Shown here one piece after another: positions 41,554 through 51,608 of a stretch of 64,000 bases of DNA (positions are counted from its first letter, which is position 1; every line of letters starts with the position of its first letter). A model generated the notes under the pieces. The model saw only the letters and a list, made by a program, of their open reading frames with translations. It did no database searches and had not been told where the DNA came from. The DNA comes from a bacterium (GTDB lineage Bacteria > SM23-31). The position numbers and the translations under genes were made by a program. Where the stretch lies: NCBI GenBank assembly GCA_965249485.1, contig OZ252239.1, forward strand, positions 736,001 through 800,000. The letters run 5' to 3'.

Positions 41554-44500
41554 TTACTTAGTTTTCATTAACGTACGTTTCAGGCTAATTTCTCTGACAA
41601 TTGCATAGATGACCGGTATAACGACCAATGTCAGAATAGTCGATGTCACTATGCCACCGATCATCGGTGCGGCAATCCGCTTCCAGACTTGGGATCCTGC
41701 TCCGGTACTCCACAGAATCGGAACGAGTGCAAATAAGGTTGTCGTGACCGTCATCATTTTCGGGCGGACTCTATCAACTGCTCCGGACATAACCGCCTGG
41801 TAGATATGAGAAATATTGAAATCCGTCCCTTTCTCTTTTTTCAGAGCGTCATACGCGTGATCGATATAAATAATCATCACAATTCCTGTTTCTGCTGCTA
41901 AACCTGCAAGTGCAATAAATCCAACCCACACCGCTACGCTCATGTTGTAATCGAGAAAATACATCAGCCAGATTCCACCGACGAGCGCAAAGGGAACAGA
42001 GAGCATGACTATGAGTGATTCCCACACATTTTTAAAATTGAGATAGAGCAGTACGAAAATAATCAGCAGCGTGATGGGGACAACAAATTTCAGACGTTTA
42101 CTCGCCCTCTCGATATATTCCCACTGTCCGCTCCAGATTAGGTTATATCCGGATGGAATTGCAACACGGGACTCAATTATCGGCCGCGCCTGTTCAACAT
42201 AGGTTCCAACATCGATATCCCGCAGATCGATATAGACCCAGACGTTCGGACGTGAATTTTCGCTTTTTATAACGGGAGGACCTTTTTTTATGTTGATCGA
42301 CGCAAGCTGTGCAAGTGGAATCTGTTCACCCCGCGGTGTTGGAATGAGAACCCGTTTCAACTTTTCAGGTGTATCGCGGAATTCTCTCCCATACCGGAGG
42401 TTGATCGGGTACCGTTCAAGCCCTTCGACACTCTGGGAAATATTCATACCGCCGATAGCAGTCTGAATAACATCCTGCACATCGCTGATCGAGAGTCCGT
42501 ACCGGGCGATCTCATCCCGGTTTATATCGATATTGAGATAATTGCCTCCTACCGATTTTTCGGAATAAGCGCTTGCCGTACCGGGAATGTCCTTCGCAAC
42601 GGCAGCGATTTGTCTACCGAGTTCTTCGAGAATCGCAAGGTCCTGTCCCGCAATTTTTATTCCGATTGGTGTCTTGATTCCTGTTGACAGCATATCGATT
42701 CGCGTCTTGATCGGCATTGTCCACGCATTGGCCAACCCCGGAAACTGAATTGCAGCATCGAGCTCCTGAATCAATTTGTCCGGGGTCATTCCCGGACGCC
42801 ACTGATCTTCAGGTTTCAGGGTGATGGTTGTCTCGATCATGCTGAGCGGAGCGGGATCAGTTGCAGTTTCAGCCCTGCCAATCTTCCCGAAAACCGTTTC
42901 AACCTCCGGAAAACTTTTTATGATTTTATCGGTTTGCTGGAGAAGTTCCCGCGCTTTGGTGATAGAAATACCCGGATCGGTTGTCGGCATGTAGAGCAAA
43001 TCACCTTCATAGAGCGGTGGCATGAATTCAGTGCCGAGTTGATTATACGGAAAAATTGTAACGAGCAGTATTACCATGGAGGCCAGAAGCGTTAATTTCT
43101 TGAATTTGAGAACCGTCTTTATTACCGGTCTGTATAGCCAGATTAATGCCCTGCTGATTGGATTTTTTGATTCAGGCCTAATGTTACCTCGAATCAGAAG
43201 CCCCAGCAAGACAGGAATCAATGTAATTGCCAGTATAGAAGATGATCCCAATGCAAAGGTCTTCGTAAATGCCAGTGGTCTAAAAAGACGCCCCTCTTGG
43301 GCTTGTAAGGTAAATACTGGAAGAAACGAAAGGGTTACAATCAGTAACGAGTAAAACAGGGCGGGACCGACTTCTTTTGCAGAATCGGCAATAATCTTCC
43401 AGTGCTCTTTTTTCCCGGTATCCCGTTCAAGATGTTTATGAGCATTCTCGATCATAACGACTGCAGCATCGACAAGCACACCGATTGAAATCGCTATGCC
43501 TCCCAGAGACATAATATTTGCATTAATATTCGTGTAATTCATAATGATAAAAGAAATAAGAATACTTAACGGGAGTGAAAGAACCGCAACCAATGCACTA
43601 CGGATATGGAGTAAAAAGAGTAAACAAACTATCGCGACAACGATACTTTCTTCCATCAATGTTCCGGTAAGTGTGTCGATAGCTCTACGGATAAGATTGG
43701 TCCTGTCATACACCGGTAATATTTCCACGCCTTCAGGCAGTCCGGTTTTTATCTCATCGAGTTTCTTTTTTACATTGTCTATCACAGTAAGAGCGTTTTC
43801 ACCATACCGCATTACAACAATCCCGCCGACCGTCTCACCGATGCCATCCCGCTCTACAAGTCCTCTCCTGATTTCCGGTCCGAGGCCGACAGTCCCGAGT
43901 TGACGGAGCAGAATCGGAATACCATTTTGATCGACACTTACCGCGATGTTTTTCAAATCATCTATTGACTGAATATACCCGTTACTGCGAACCATGAATT
44001 CAGTTTCGGCAAGTTCCAGTAACCGACCGCCGACTTCGTTATTATTCCGCTGGATCGCACGACGGACAGTACTCAGCGGCAGGCCGAAAGCCATGAGCTT
44101 ATCGGGATCGACCTCAACCTGATACTGTTTTACAAATCCACCGATGCTTGCTACTTCCGCAACACCGGGAACGGATGCGAGTTCATAGCGCAGAAACCAG
44201 TCCTGAATCGAGCGGAGTTCGGCAAGGTTATGCCTGTCACTTTCGACAACATATTCAAACGCCCATCCCACACCGGTTGCATCGGGCCCAAGCTGCGGAG
44301 TTACTCCTGCTGGCAGCCGGGTCGATACATAATTCAGATACTCAAGGACACGGCTCCGTGCCCAGTACATATCGGTCCCATCTTCGAAAATGATATAGAC
44401 GAATGATATTCCGAAAAACGAGTATCCTCGGACAGTTTTCGCAAAAGGCACCGACAGCATCTGTGTTGTGAGCGGATAGGTGATCTGGTTTTCGACGATT

Positions 44501-44676
44501 TCCGGAGCCTGTCCGGGATATTCTGTCAGAATGATAACTTGAACATCACTCAAATCGGGAATCGCATCGAGAGGTATGTTAACCGCCGAATATATTCCGA
44601 TAATTATTACAAAAAGAGCCGCTATAATAACCAGCAGTCTGTTTTTTATGGAAGCATCGATTATTTTCTCGAGCAT
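41554..44676 (-). CDS. cusA: CusA/SilA family heavy-metal RND efflux permease
   Basis: DAIPDLSDVQV, GPDATGVGW, EFMPPL.EGDLLYMP, WTMPIKTRIDML, AAETG, RPKMMT. Confidence 0.95.
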   Translation of the reverse strand: MLEKIIDASIKNRLLVIIAALFVIIIGIYSAVNIPLDAIPDLSDVQVIILTEYPGQAPEIVENQITYPLTTQMLSVPFAKTVRGYSFFGISFVYIIFEDGTDMYWARSRVLEYLNYVSTRLPAGVTPQLGPDATGVGWAFEYVVESDRHNLAELRSIQDWFLRYELASVPGVAEVASIGGFVKQYQVEVDPDKLMAFGLPLSTVRRAIQRNNNEVGGRLLELAETEFMVRSNGYIQSIDDLKNIAVSVDQNGIPILLRQLGTVGLGPEIRRGLVERDGIGETVGGIVVMRYGENALTVIDNVKKKLDEIKTGLPEGVEILPVYDRTNLIRRAIDTLTGTLMEESIVVAIVCLLFLLHIRSALVAVLSLPLSILISFIIMNYTNINANIMSLGGIAISIGVLVDAAVVMIENAHKHLERDTGKKEHWKIIADSAKEVGPALFYSLLIVTLSFLPVFTLQAQEGRLFRPLAFTKTFALGSSSILAITLIPVLLGLLIRGNIRPESKNPISRALIWLYRPVIKTVLKFKKLTLLASMVILLVTIFPYNQLGTEFMPPLYEGDLLYMPTTDPGISITKARELLQQTDKIIKSFPEVETVFGKIGRAETATDPAPLSMIETTITLKPEDQWRPGMTPDKLIQELDAAIQFPGLANAWTMPIKTRIDMLSTGIKTPIGIKIAGQDLAILEELGRQIAAVAKDIPGTASAYSEKSVGGNYLNIDINRDEIARYGLSISDVQDVIQTAIGGMNISQSVEGLERYPINLRYGREFRDTPEKLKRVLIPTPRGEQIPLAQLASINIKKGPPVIKSENSRPNVWVYIDLRDIDVGTYVEQARPIIESRVAIPSGYNLIWSGQWEYIERASKRLKFVVPITLLIIFVLLYLNFKNVWESLIVMLSVPFALVGGIWLMYFLDYNMSVAVWVGFIALAGLAAETGIVMIIYIDHAYDALKKEKGTDFNISHIYQAVMSGAVDRVRPKMMTVTTTLFALVPILWSTGAGSQVWKRIAAPMIGGIVTSTILTLVVIPVIYAIVREISLKRTLMKTK

Positions 44677-44679
44677 GAT

Positions 44680-46617
44680 TTACAGCCTCCCTTGTTCGAT
44701 GGAAAAATCATCGGCTGAATCAACATAGAGGACTTCATGGCTGCTTTCGAACGATTGTAATTCTTCAGACTGGTTGTCCATTAACTCTTTGAGATTCATT
44801 CCGCATCGGGGACACGTTCCACCGGATGATGAAAACACCAGATCCTCTTCCATCGGACAGGTATGTGTTACAGCGCCATCACCTATCACCAGGACAGTTT
44901 TCTCTGTCCATGAAGCGTATTCGGTGAGCGGATTAATATCGACATTCGTAAGGTCGGATATTCTTATAATATCGCGGCCGGCAATGAGGTTATCAACTTT
45001 TGCCGTCTCTTCCGGTTCCATAGCATAAAGCGGCATACCGCAGCGGGGGCAGAATCCCTCTCCGTCAGAAAAGACAAGGTCTTCTTCCATGATGCAAAAA
45101 TGAGTTACGTGCCCTTCGCCGAGAATAATCGCCGATTGGTTGCCCATTTTCTGCGATGTTATTTCCTCATGAGTGTGCTCTCCAACTTCTTCCTGCACCG
45201 GTTTACGTGCGGATGTTTGCTTCGACAGCATTTTCATCTGTGCTTCACGCAGCCGGCTCTCGGAATCGATGAGAAACTGTGCCGAAGTGACGACCCGTTC
45301 GCCACCTTCCAGTCCTTCGACAACAGTATAATAGTCATCCGACTCAATTCCGGTGACTACTTCACGCGGTTCAAATTTTCCTCCTCCGAGATCGAGAATG
45401 ACAACACTCCGTTCCCCTGATATAATGACCGAACTCACCGGGATGATTAAATCCTCCCGCTCTGATTGTGATGCTATTTCAACGTTTACATACATATCAG
45501 GTTTCAGCAGCATATCCGGATTGTCAAATTCAATCCGGACCCTGATCGTTCTGGTTTGTGCATCGAGATAGGGATAAATAAACGATATAGTACCAGTGAA
45601 TTCTTTACCCGGATAATACGTTAGGGTCATGGTTGCCTGCTGACCGATTTTTACCCAGGGAAGTTCGTATTCATAGATTTCCGCAAGCATCCAGACATGT
45701 GACAGGTCAGCAATTTCATACAAATGCGTATTCGGGATGATGCGTTCACCACCCGTAATCATTCTGTGTCTGACAATGCCGCTAATAGGAGAGAACAGGG
45801 TCATATTTTTAGTGGCCTGCTGCGTATCTTTGAGGTGAGCGATCTGCTCGGGAGTAATATCCCACAACTCAAGACGTTTCCGTGTCGATTCAAGCAGATC
45901 GTTCGATTGCTGAGCGACTTCGGAATATGCAGCTCCCTCAAAATAGTCGGTGAATCTCAGCGCCTGCAGGTATTCCTCCTGTGTGGTGACGAGATCGGGA
46001 CTATAAATATCGATCAGCGGATCGCCCTTGGTTACCTGTTGTCCCGCGAAGCCGACATACAATTTCTCAGCCCATCCCGATACTTTTGTGGTGACACCCA
46101 TTATGCGGGTTTCGTCATAGACAATACGTCCGACAGCCCGAATAGTACGGGAAAGTTGTTTCCGCTCGACCGGAACAGATTGTACGCCAATATTCTGAAC
46201 GGTAACAGGATCGATCGATATCTGACCGGGTGCAGGACTACTGGTAATATTTCTCCTCACAAGATTCATGTTGCAAATTGGGCATAATCCCGGCTCGGTT
46301 TCTTGGACATTCGGATGCATTCCGCAGGTATAGTAATAATCAACACCGGTAACGCCTTCAAGATTGAGTTGAGATGGTGCCTGAGCTCCGGGAAGTTCAT
46401 CATCATACACCGGAACGAGGTCCATACCCATCGGTGATTTTCCGGGATTTTCAGATACATAAGCCGGGTCCATCGGTGCGACCCAGTAAGCAACTGTTCG
46501 TCCTTCTGCATTGTCACCGTCAGCACCCAAAAAATCATACCGGTGAAAAACCCACTGGACGGCAATCACAATTATCAGAATGGTGATCCATGTACTGGTG
46601 CGTAATTTTCGTGACAT
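44680..46617 (-). CDS. cusB: CusB-like RND periplasmic adaptor with multiple heavy-metal-binding domains
   Basis: APMDP..PGKSPMGMDL, CGMHP..CPIC, YSPDL..Q.EY, FLIDSES; two extra C-terminal CPRCGM domains. Confidence 0.9.
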   Translation of the reverse strand: MSRKLRTSTWITILIIVIAVQWVFHRYDFLGADGDNAEGRTVAYWVAPMDPAYVSENPGKSPMGMDLVPVYDDELPGAQAPSQLNLEGVTGVDYYYTCGMHPNVQETEPGLCPICNMNLVRRNITSSPAPGQISIDPVTVQNIGVQSVPVERKQLSRTIRAVGRIVYDETRIMGVTTKVSGWAEKLYVGFAGQQVTKGDPLIDIYSPDLVTTQEEYLQALRFTDYFEGAAYSEVAQQSNDLLESTRKRLELWDITPEQIAHLKDTQQATKNMTLFSPISGIVRHRMITGGERIIPNTHLYEIADLSHVWMLAEIYEYELPWVKIGQQATMTLTYYPGKEFTGTISFIYPYLDAQTRTIRVRIEFDNPDMLLKPDMYVNVEIASQSEREDLIIPVSSVIISGERSVVILDLGGGKFEPREVVTGIESDDYYTVVEGLEGGERVVTSAQFLIDSESRLREAQMKMLSKQTSARKPVQEEVGEHTHEEITSQKMGNQSAIILGEGHVTHFCIMEEDLVFSDGEGFCPRCGMPLYAMEPEETAKVDNLIAGRDIIRISDLTNVDINPLTEYASWTEKTVLVIGDGAVTHTCPMEEDLVFSSSGGTCPRCGMNLKELMDNQSEELQSFESSHEVLYVDSADDFSIEQGRL

Positions 46618-46655
46618 TGTACTTTCCTTAGATTAGTTGTTTTTATTAAATATTA

Positions 46656-47978
46656 TTATAAACGCTGACCTGTCAGAAACTCCAGGTTTGCGATATTTTT
46701 CTTGTATTCCGTCAGCAATCGGTAATAATCGAGTTCAAATGTTAAGAGTGTAATCTGGTTGTTTAAAAGGGTCAGAAAATCGACCTTATTGACTTGATAA
46801 CCAGAAATAGCTGAACTCAATGACTGTGTGGCCTGCGGAATAATGACCTCATGAAGCAGTTGTATCCGTTCATCTGTCTCATCAAGTGAGGCGGTTACAA
46901 CTGCGATTCGGGCGTCGTTCGAATTTTTCATATCCTTGTATGAAGATTCTGCCGCACGGACTTCTGCCAGTGCTTCTGAAACACCGTTGTCTTGTTTTCT
47001 ACCGCTCCACAGCGGCAGATTTACCGAAAAATGTGCTGAAAGGAAATCCGGACGCTGTTGACGCTGCCCGTAGATTACGCCGAATGTCATGTCAGGCCAG
47101 TATTGTTTTCGTTTGAGTGATGATGCAATTTCTCTTCGGGCAACCTCTTTTCGTGCTGCATTCAACATGGGCCGCCGTTCTGCCGATGTCTGCTGCAGTG
47201 TTGCAATATCGAGCGAAACGGAAGAATGAGTTAGTTCTTCTACAGGACCGATTAGTATGTCTATCGGCCTGTTCAGGAGTGCATTAAGTTCAGCAGTGGA
47301 GGCTTCACGATTGTTCCGGTAGCTTATCAGTTTGTCGAGCAGTTTACTCATCTCAACCTGCGCTTTCAGCACATCCTGTTGTAGCCCTTCACCGACTTCA
47401 TATTTTTTCGATGCAATTGAAATAAAATCGTTTAGTATCTGCTTATTTTTGAGCGTGATAGCAACCGATTTGTCAATCAGGTAGATATCAAAGAACGCCA
47501 ACGAAATGTCTTTAATTACAGCGTTTCTCGTGTCGACAGCCGTTAGTCCCGCGATGTCGAATGCTTCCTCGGCTATCTGCTCTTTCAATGATGATATACC
47601 GGGAAAAGGGATAGTCTGCTTCAGGGAAATCTGTTTTTGCGTCATAGGTTCTACTGTAAATCCTGCATCAGTCAAAGGGAAATTTGCGATGTTCAGGCTC
47701 AAGCTTGGATCAGGCCATGCGCCTGCCTGCGGAATGCGCAGTTGTGCCGATTCACTTTTTTGATCAGCGGCGAGTATCTCAGGATTATCACGGAGCGCAG
47801 CTTCAATCAGGCTTTCAAGTGCTACTACGGCACCATTGTTGTTTTCGACTGAATACGTTTTTGTCGTACCTGCTAAAGCAAAGTCGATAACAGCGTTATG
47901 CTGTTGAAATGCATAGCCGGTGCGGGTCAAAACGGAAACCAACATGATAACGGCAGTCAAAACTTTTTTTGATCGCAT
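46656..47978 (-). CDS. TolC family outer membrane efflux protein
   Basis: Signal peptide, NP, Q.IPFPG, duplicated OEP pattern, upstream of cusB. Confidence 0.88.
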   Translation of the reverse strand: MRSKKVLTAVIMLVSVLTRTGYAFQQHNAVIDFALAGTTKTYSVENNNGAVVALESLIEAALRDNPEILAADQKSESAQLRIPQAGAWPDPSLSLNIANFPLTDAGFTVEPMTQKQISLKQTIPFPGISSLKEQIAEEAFDIAGLTAVDTRNAVIKDISLAFFDIYLIDKSVAITLKNKQILNDFISIASKKYEVGEGLQQDVLKAQVEMSKLLDKLISYRNNREASTAELNALLNRPIDILIGPVEELTHSSVSLDIATLQQTSAERRPMLNAARKEVARREIASSLKRKQYWPDMTFGVIYGQRQQRPDFLSAHFSVNLPLWSGRKQDNGVSEALAEVRAAESSYKDMKNSNDARIAVVTASLDETDERIQLLHEVIIPQATQSLSSAISGYQVNKVDFLTLLNNQITLLTFELDYYRLLTEYKKNIANLEFLTGQRL

Positions 47979-48146
47979 TGTATCTGTTCCTGGATATTAT
48001 TAATGAATACTGGTTTCAACCGGGATATATACTACCGGTTGAGAGATATACACTATCAATACTCGCGCAGGGTAAATGAACAAACATTACTCCCGTACTT
48101 TCGTAGAGTAGGTATAATGGTGTAATAATAGAAAAGGGGGTGCCGC

Positions 48147-48623
48147 TTAAATCAGAAAAGCAGCATTAAGGAGAAAATATGGTGGTTGAGATGTCTGTAT
48201 ATTGTGAAAAACAGACGAATGTGTGATGCGTTGTTGAAAATCTTCGTGTTGATATGACGCTAATGAAGCGGAAAAAATCGTTTTTGTGGAATGGTACGTT
48301 TCAGTCCTGACAATGAGCTGATCAACATTGTCAGTATCGGAGATAGTACTCAGTGACGCGCAGCAGCATGAACCGTCGTCAGCATAGTGGACTGTTGTAG
48401 AAAAATCGATCGGTTTTGTGTCCGGTTCGGTGCAGCATGAATCTTCAGCCGGTTCGGGAGCTTCCACCGGAATATCTGCGCAGTACCCGGCAGATTCGTT
48501 GATTTCCGAATGATCACTGCAGGCATTGCCGCTCACTCCACAGGGACAGACAGCTAATGCAAATCCGGAGCTTGCAAAACAGAGGACGAGTAAAACCGCT
48601 ACTATTTTTTTCGACGTTTTCAT
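48147..48623 (-). CDS. Secreted Cys-rich protein upstream of the efflux operon
   Basis: Signal peptide from ATG 48623; CPC, CC and CCC clusters; C-terminal PPYFLLNAAFLI. Confidence 0.6.
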   Translation of the reverse strand: MKTSKKIVAVLLVLCFASSGFALAVCPCGVSGNACSDHSEINESAGYCADIPVEAPEPAEDSCCTEPDTKPIDFSTTVHYADDGSCCCASLSTISDTDNVDQLIVRTETYHSTKTIFSASLASYQHEDFQQRITHSSVFHNIQTSQPPYFLLNAAFLI

Positions 48624-49212
48624 TTGTTTACTATTGTAAAACAATTTCGAACACAAAAAAACTACAACAACCGTGCCATTGTCAAAATCGGCACATCGTG
48701 TGCGTAACTACAGGTTAGATGCCTCAAAATATAAAAGGTTACAATTAAATTTGCAAGAACAATTATTATAAATAAGAATTTGTGTACGTTTTCTTCATTG
48801 ATCGTTCACTGGTATGGTATAGTTCCCGTCTAGCACACCGAAGTCACTGCCCCAGCTTCATTGGTGATCTCAATTGTGTCTAATGATGTGGTCTCTTTAA
48901 ATTAATTGTACAAATATGTAAGTAATTTAGTATTTCTTTATTATTGAAAACTGAAAAAAGGCATAAATCGTTCCATTATTCAAAATATCATACAGTATTG
49001 GCCAACTGAAAAACGGAACTTGACAATGGGAAATATGTTTTGTCAGTAAGCGACATGCAAATCATTAATGATTATAATGCGAGTTCTTGTAAGAGGAAAA
49101 TGTCCTTTTCATAAATAGTAGGCTTATCATCTCACGTTCTACCGTCAAGAAGTCTTCCTGCTTTCTTTTTATTGGTGCCGCCTCATTGCATAAAGAAAAA
49201 TTATTACTCAAA

Positions 49213-50562
49213 TTAGTTTAAGCTGCAAAATTCCTTAACTACATTGTAATAAACCTGTATCGCACTCTTGATACTCTTTTCACGCACCCGCTCGTCGTTC
49301 CCGTGGATTGTGCTATATTCTTCCATTGTGACGGGACCAGGGAAGAAGCCGTAACAGGTTGCCCCTTTGAGTCGGAAAAACCGCGAATCAGTTCCGTAAA
49401 TGATGAGATGAGGCAGCGTAATCGAATTCGGATAGACCTTTTTAGTCTCCTGCTCGATGACACGGAACAGGTCGGTGTCGAACGGTGAAACCACTGATTC
49501 GCCCGGTGCATCGATGATATCAAACCTTATTCTCGGATCGTCGATGATCTGTTTCAGTTCATCCATAAACGCCTCAACATTCTGGTCGGGAAGAAGACGG
49601 CAATCGAGCACCGCTTCGGCATGATCGGGAATAACATTCGATTTCGGCGGATCACCCACATAGCCCTGTATAACCGTCAACGAGATTGTATTCCGCCGGA
49701 GTGCATTGTTGTAGGGTGTATCGACAAGTTCTCCGAGACGTTTGATCATTTCAGCAACGACCGGATTGATCTGTACAGGAGTTTGGTAAGTAGCCAGCCT
49801 TGCGAGTGCCTGTGACAGAATAAAATTTGCATTACTCTTCGGCGGCATCGAACCGTGTCCTTCGGTGCCATCCGCAATCAGTTTCAACCAGAGTACTTTC
49901 TTTTCTGCAACACCGACGGAAAAAATGAGCCGGTCATCATTGGTGAAAAAACCCTGTGTGCCGAAACCTCCCTCATCGAATACAAATTCAGCATCGATAT
50001 CATCCCACAAATTCTCGGCGACCCATTCTGCGCCAAGCTTGCCGAGCATTTCCTCATCGGCAACAGCGGTTAAAACCACATCCCGGTCAAGCTGAATTTT
50101 ATTACGCCCGAGCAATACCATCGTCATAAGCTGCATGATACCGAAATTTTTCATGTCGAGTGCACCCCTGCCGTAGAGATATCCATCCCTACTGACACCC
50201 GCAAAGGGATCAACCGACCACCCTGACCGGTCAACGGGAACCGTATCGAGGTGGTTCAGCAACATAAGCGGCCGTTTATTCCCGGTACCTTTGATCCGAG
50301 CGACAACATTAACTTTACCGTTCGCTCGGTCTGTCCAGTGCAGGTCAGTTTCAATGCCGGCATGTTCAAGAACTGTCCGGTAAAATTCCGCCGCTCCCGA
50401 CACGTCGCCCGGCGGATTAGCGGTATTGATCGAAAGGTATTCGCGAAACATACTGACTGTTTCATCGCCAACTGCCTCCCAGTCCTGACCCGCGGCAATA
50501 TTCGTAAGCATTATCATTATGACGAAATTTGTGACAAAAGAAGTACACAATAAACGTATCAT
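49213..50562 (-). CDS. M20/M25/M40 family metallo-peptidase, secreted
   Basis: HLDTVP, GRGALDMK, DEE, DEGG, GHGS, GTD, HG.DE. Confidence 0.9.
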   Translation of the reverse strand: MIRLLCTSFVTNFVIMIMLTNIAAGQDWEAVGDETVSMFREYLSINTANPPGDVSGAAEFYRTVLEHAGIETDLHWTDRANGKVNVVARIKGTGNKRPLMLLNHLDTVPVDRSGWSVDPFAGVSRDGYLYGRGALDMKNFGIMQLMTMVLLGRNKIQLDRDVVLTAVADEEMLGKLGAEWVAENLWDDIDAEFVFDEGGFGTQGFFTNDDRLIFSVGVAEKKVLWLKLIADGTEGHGSMPPKSNANFILSQALARLATYQTPVQINPVVAEMIKRLGELVDTPYNNALRRNTISLTVIQGYVGDPPKSNVIPDHAEAVLDCRLLPDQNVEAFMDELKQIIDDPRIRFDIIDAPGESVVSPFDTDLFRVIEQETKKVYPNSITLPHLIIYGTDSRFFRLKGATCYGFFPGPVTMEEYSTIHGNDERVREKSIKSAIQVYYNVVKEFCSLN

Positions 50563-50875
50563 AGCTAATCCGATTTGTTTGAGGAATAAAAGTGGTTGTG
50601 CTTCATTTACAAAGCTGATATATTCTGTTTTGGATAAATTATTGAAGCATGTATTCAGAATAAAACGACTGCTTCAGCTTGCAAAAACAATTTATTGCTA
50701 TAATGCAGAACGCTAAGAATGGATTCAATATAGTATAACGACTTTCGTAATGCAATATGAAAATCAAATAGGTGTATATTGCAGTAATATGAAAAGAAAT
50801 ACGTTGATTTTTATCTTAAAATTCTTAGTATTAATAGTAATTGAACAATCTATTTTAAAGAGGAGGATTTGAGGT

Positions 50876-51346
50876 ATGAAAGGCGATAAAGCAGTAATAA
50901 AAGTTTTGAATGAAGCGCTTGCCGAAGAGCTGACAGCGGTTATGCAGTATTTTCTCCATGCGGAGATGTGCGAAAATTGGGGTTACGGAAAACTCTGTAA
51001 CTTTATCAAGAAAAATTCGATCGGTGAAATGAAGCATGCAGAAGAACTAATTGAACGTATTCTATATCTCGAAGGAACACCCGATTTAGCCCCGCTGCCA
51101 CTAAAAATTGGGAAAGATGTCCCGGATTTGCTTAAAAATGATTTTAAACTTGAACAGGGTGCGATCAAGATGTACAATGCAGGTATTAAACTTGCACGTG
51201 AAAAAGGTGATGATGGGAGTGCCGAGCTTCTCAAGAAATTACTTCTCGATGAAGAAGAGCATGAAGACTGGCTCGAAACACAGTTAGATCTTATCAAAGA
51301 GGTTGGTCTTGAAAATTACCTGGCATCCTGGATAGGTGACGAGTAG
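50876..51346 (+). CDS. bfr: Bacterioferritin
   Basis: MKGD, EL.A..QYF.H, EMKHA..LIERIL.LEG, DEE.H.DWLE.Q. Confidence 0.95.
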   Translation: MKGDKAVIKVLNEALAEELTAVMQYFLHAEMCENWGYGKLCNFIKKNSIGEMKHAEELIERILYLEGTPDLAPLPLKIGKDVPDLLKNDFKLEQGAIKMYNAGIKLAREKGDDGSAELLKKLLLDEEEHEDWLETQLDLIKEVGLENYLASWIGDE

Positions 51347-51391
51347 TAACAGAGGCGAATCAGCTCGTATTCTGTTCGATAAAAGTATCTC

Positions 51392-51424
51392 AAAACGGTG
51401 ATGATTTTCCATCACCGTTTTTTT
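51392..51424 (+). terminator. Intrinsic terminator after bfr
   Basis: AAAACGGTGATG-ATTTTC-CATCACCGTTTTTTT. Confidence 0.85.
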
Positions 51425-51608
51425 ATGGAAAAAATATAGAAAACGGTAATTCGTGATAAATCCACTCATTGTCATTTCAGGTGTGAATCCTTGTGTAGTA
51501 TCGGAACAGAATTGTGCAATCTCAATGTTTTGGTTTCAGTATATAAAAAGAATAACAGGAGAAATGCTCTGCAGATTGAGGAATTATATGATAGTGTATT
51601 AAATGAAA

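Noticed and set aside
48663..48704. Sigma54-like motifs upstream of the Cys-rich gene (TGGCAC-GGTTG-TTGTA on minus; CGGCAC-ATCGT-GTGCG on plus)
   Set aside because: The minus copy lacks the invariant -12 GC, and the plus copy deviates from consensus and has no downstream gene.
49019..49034. CTTGACAATGGGAAAT, identical to 35124-35139
   Set aside because: No matching -10 box, operator or downstream gene; could be chance or an uninformative relic.
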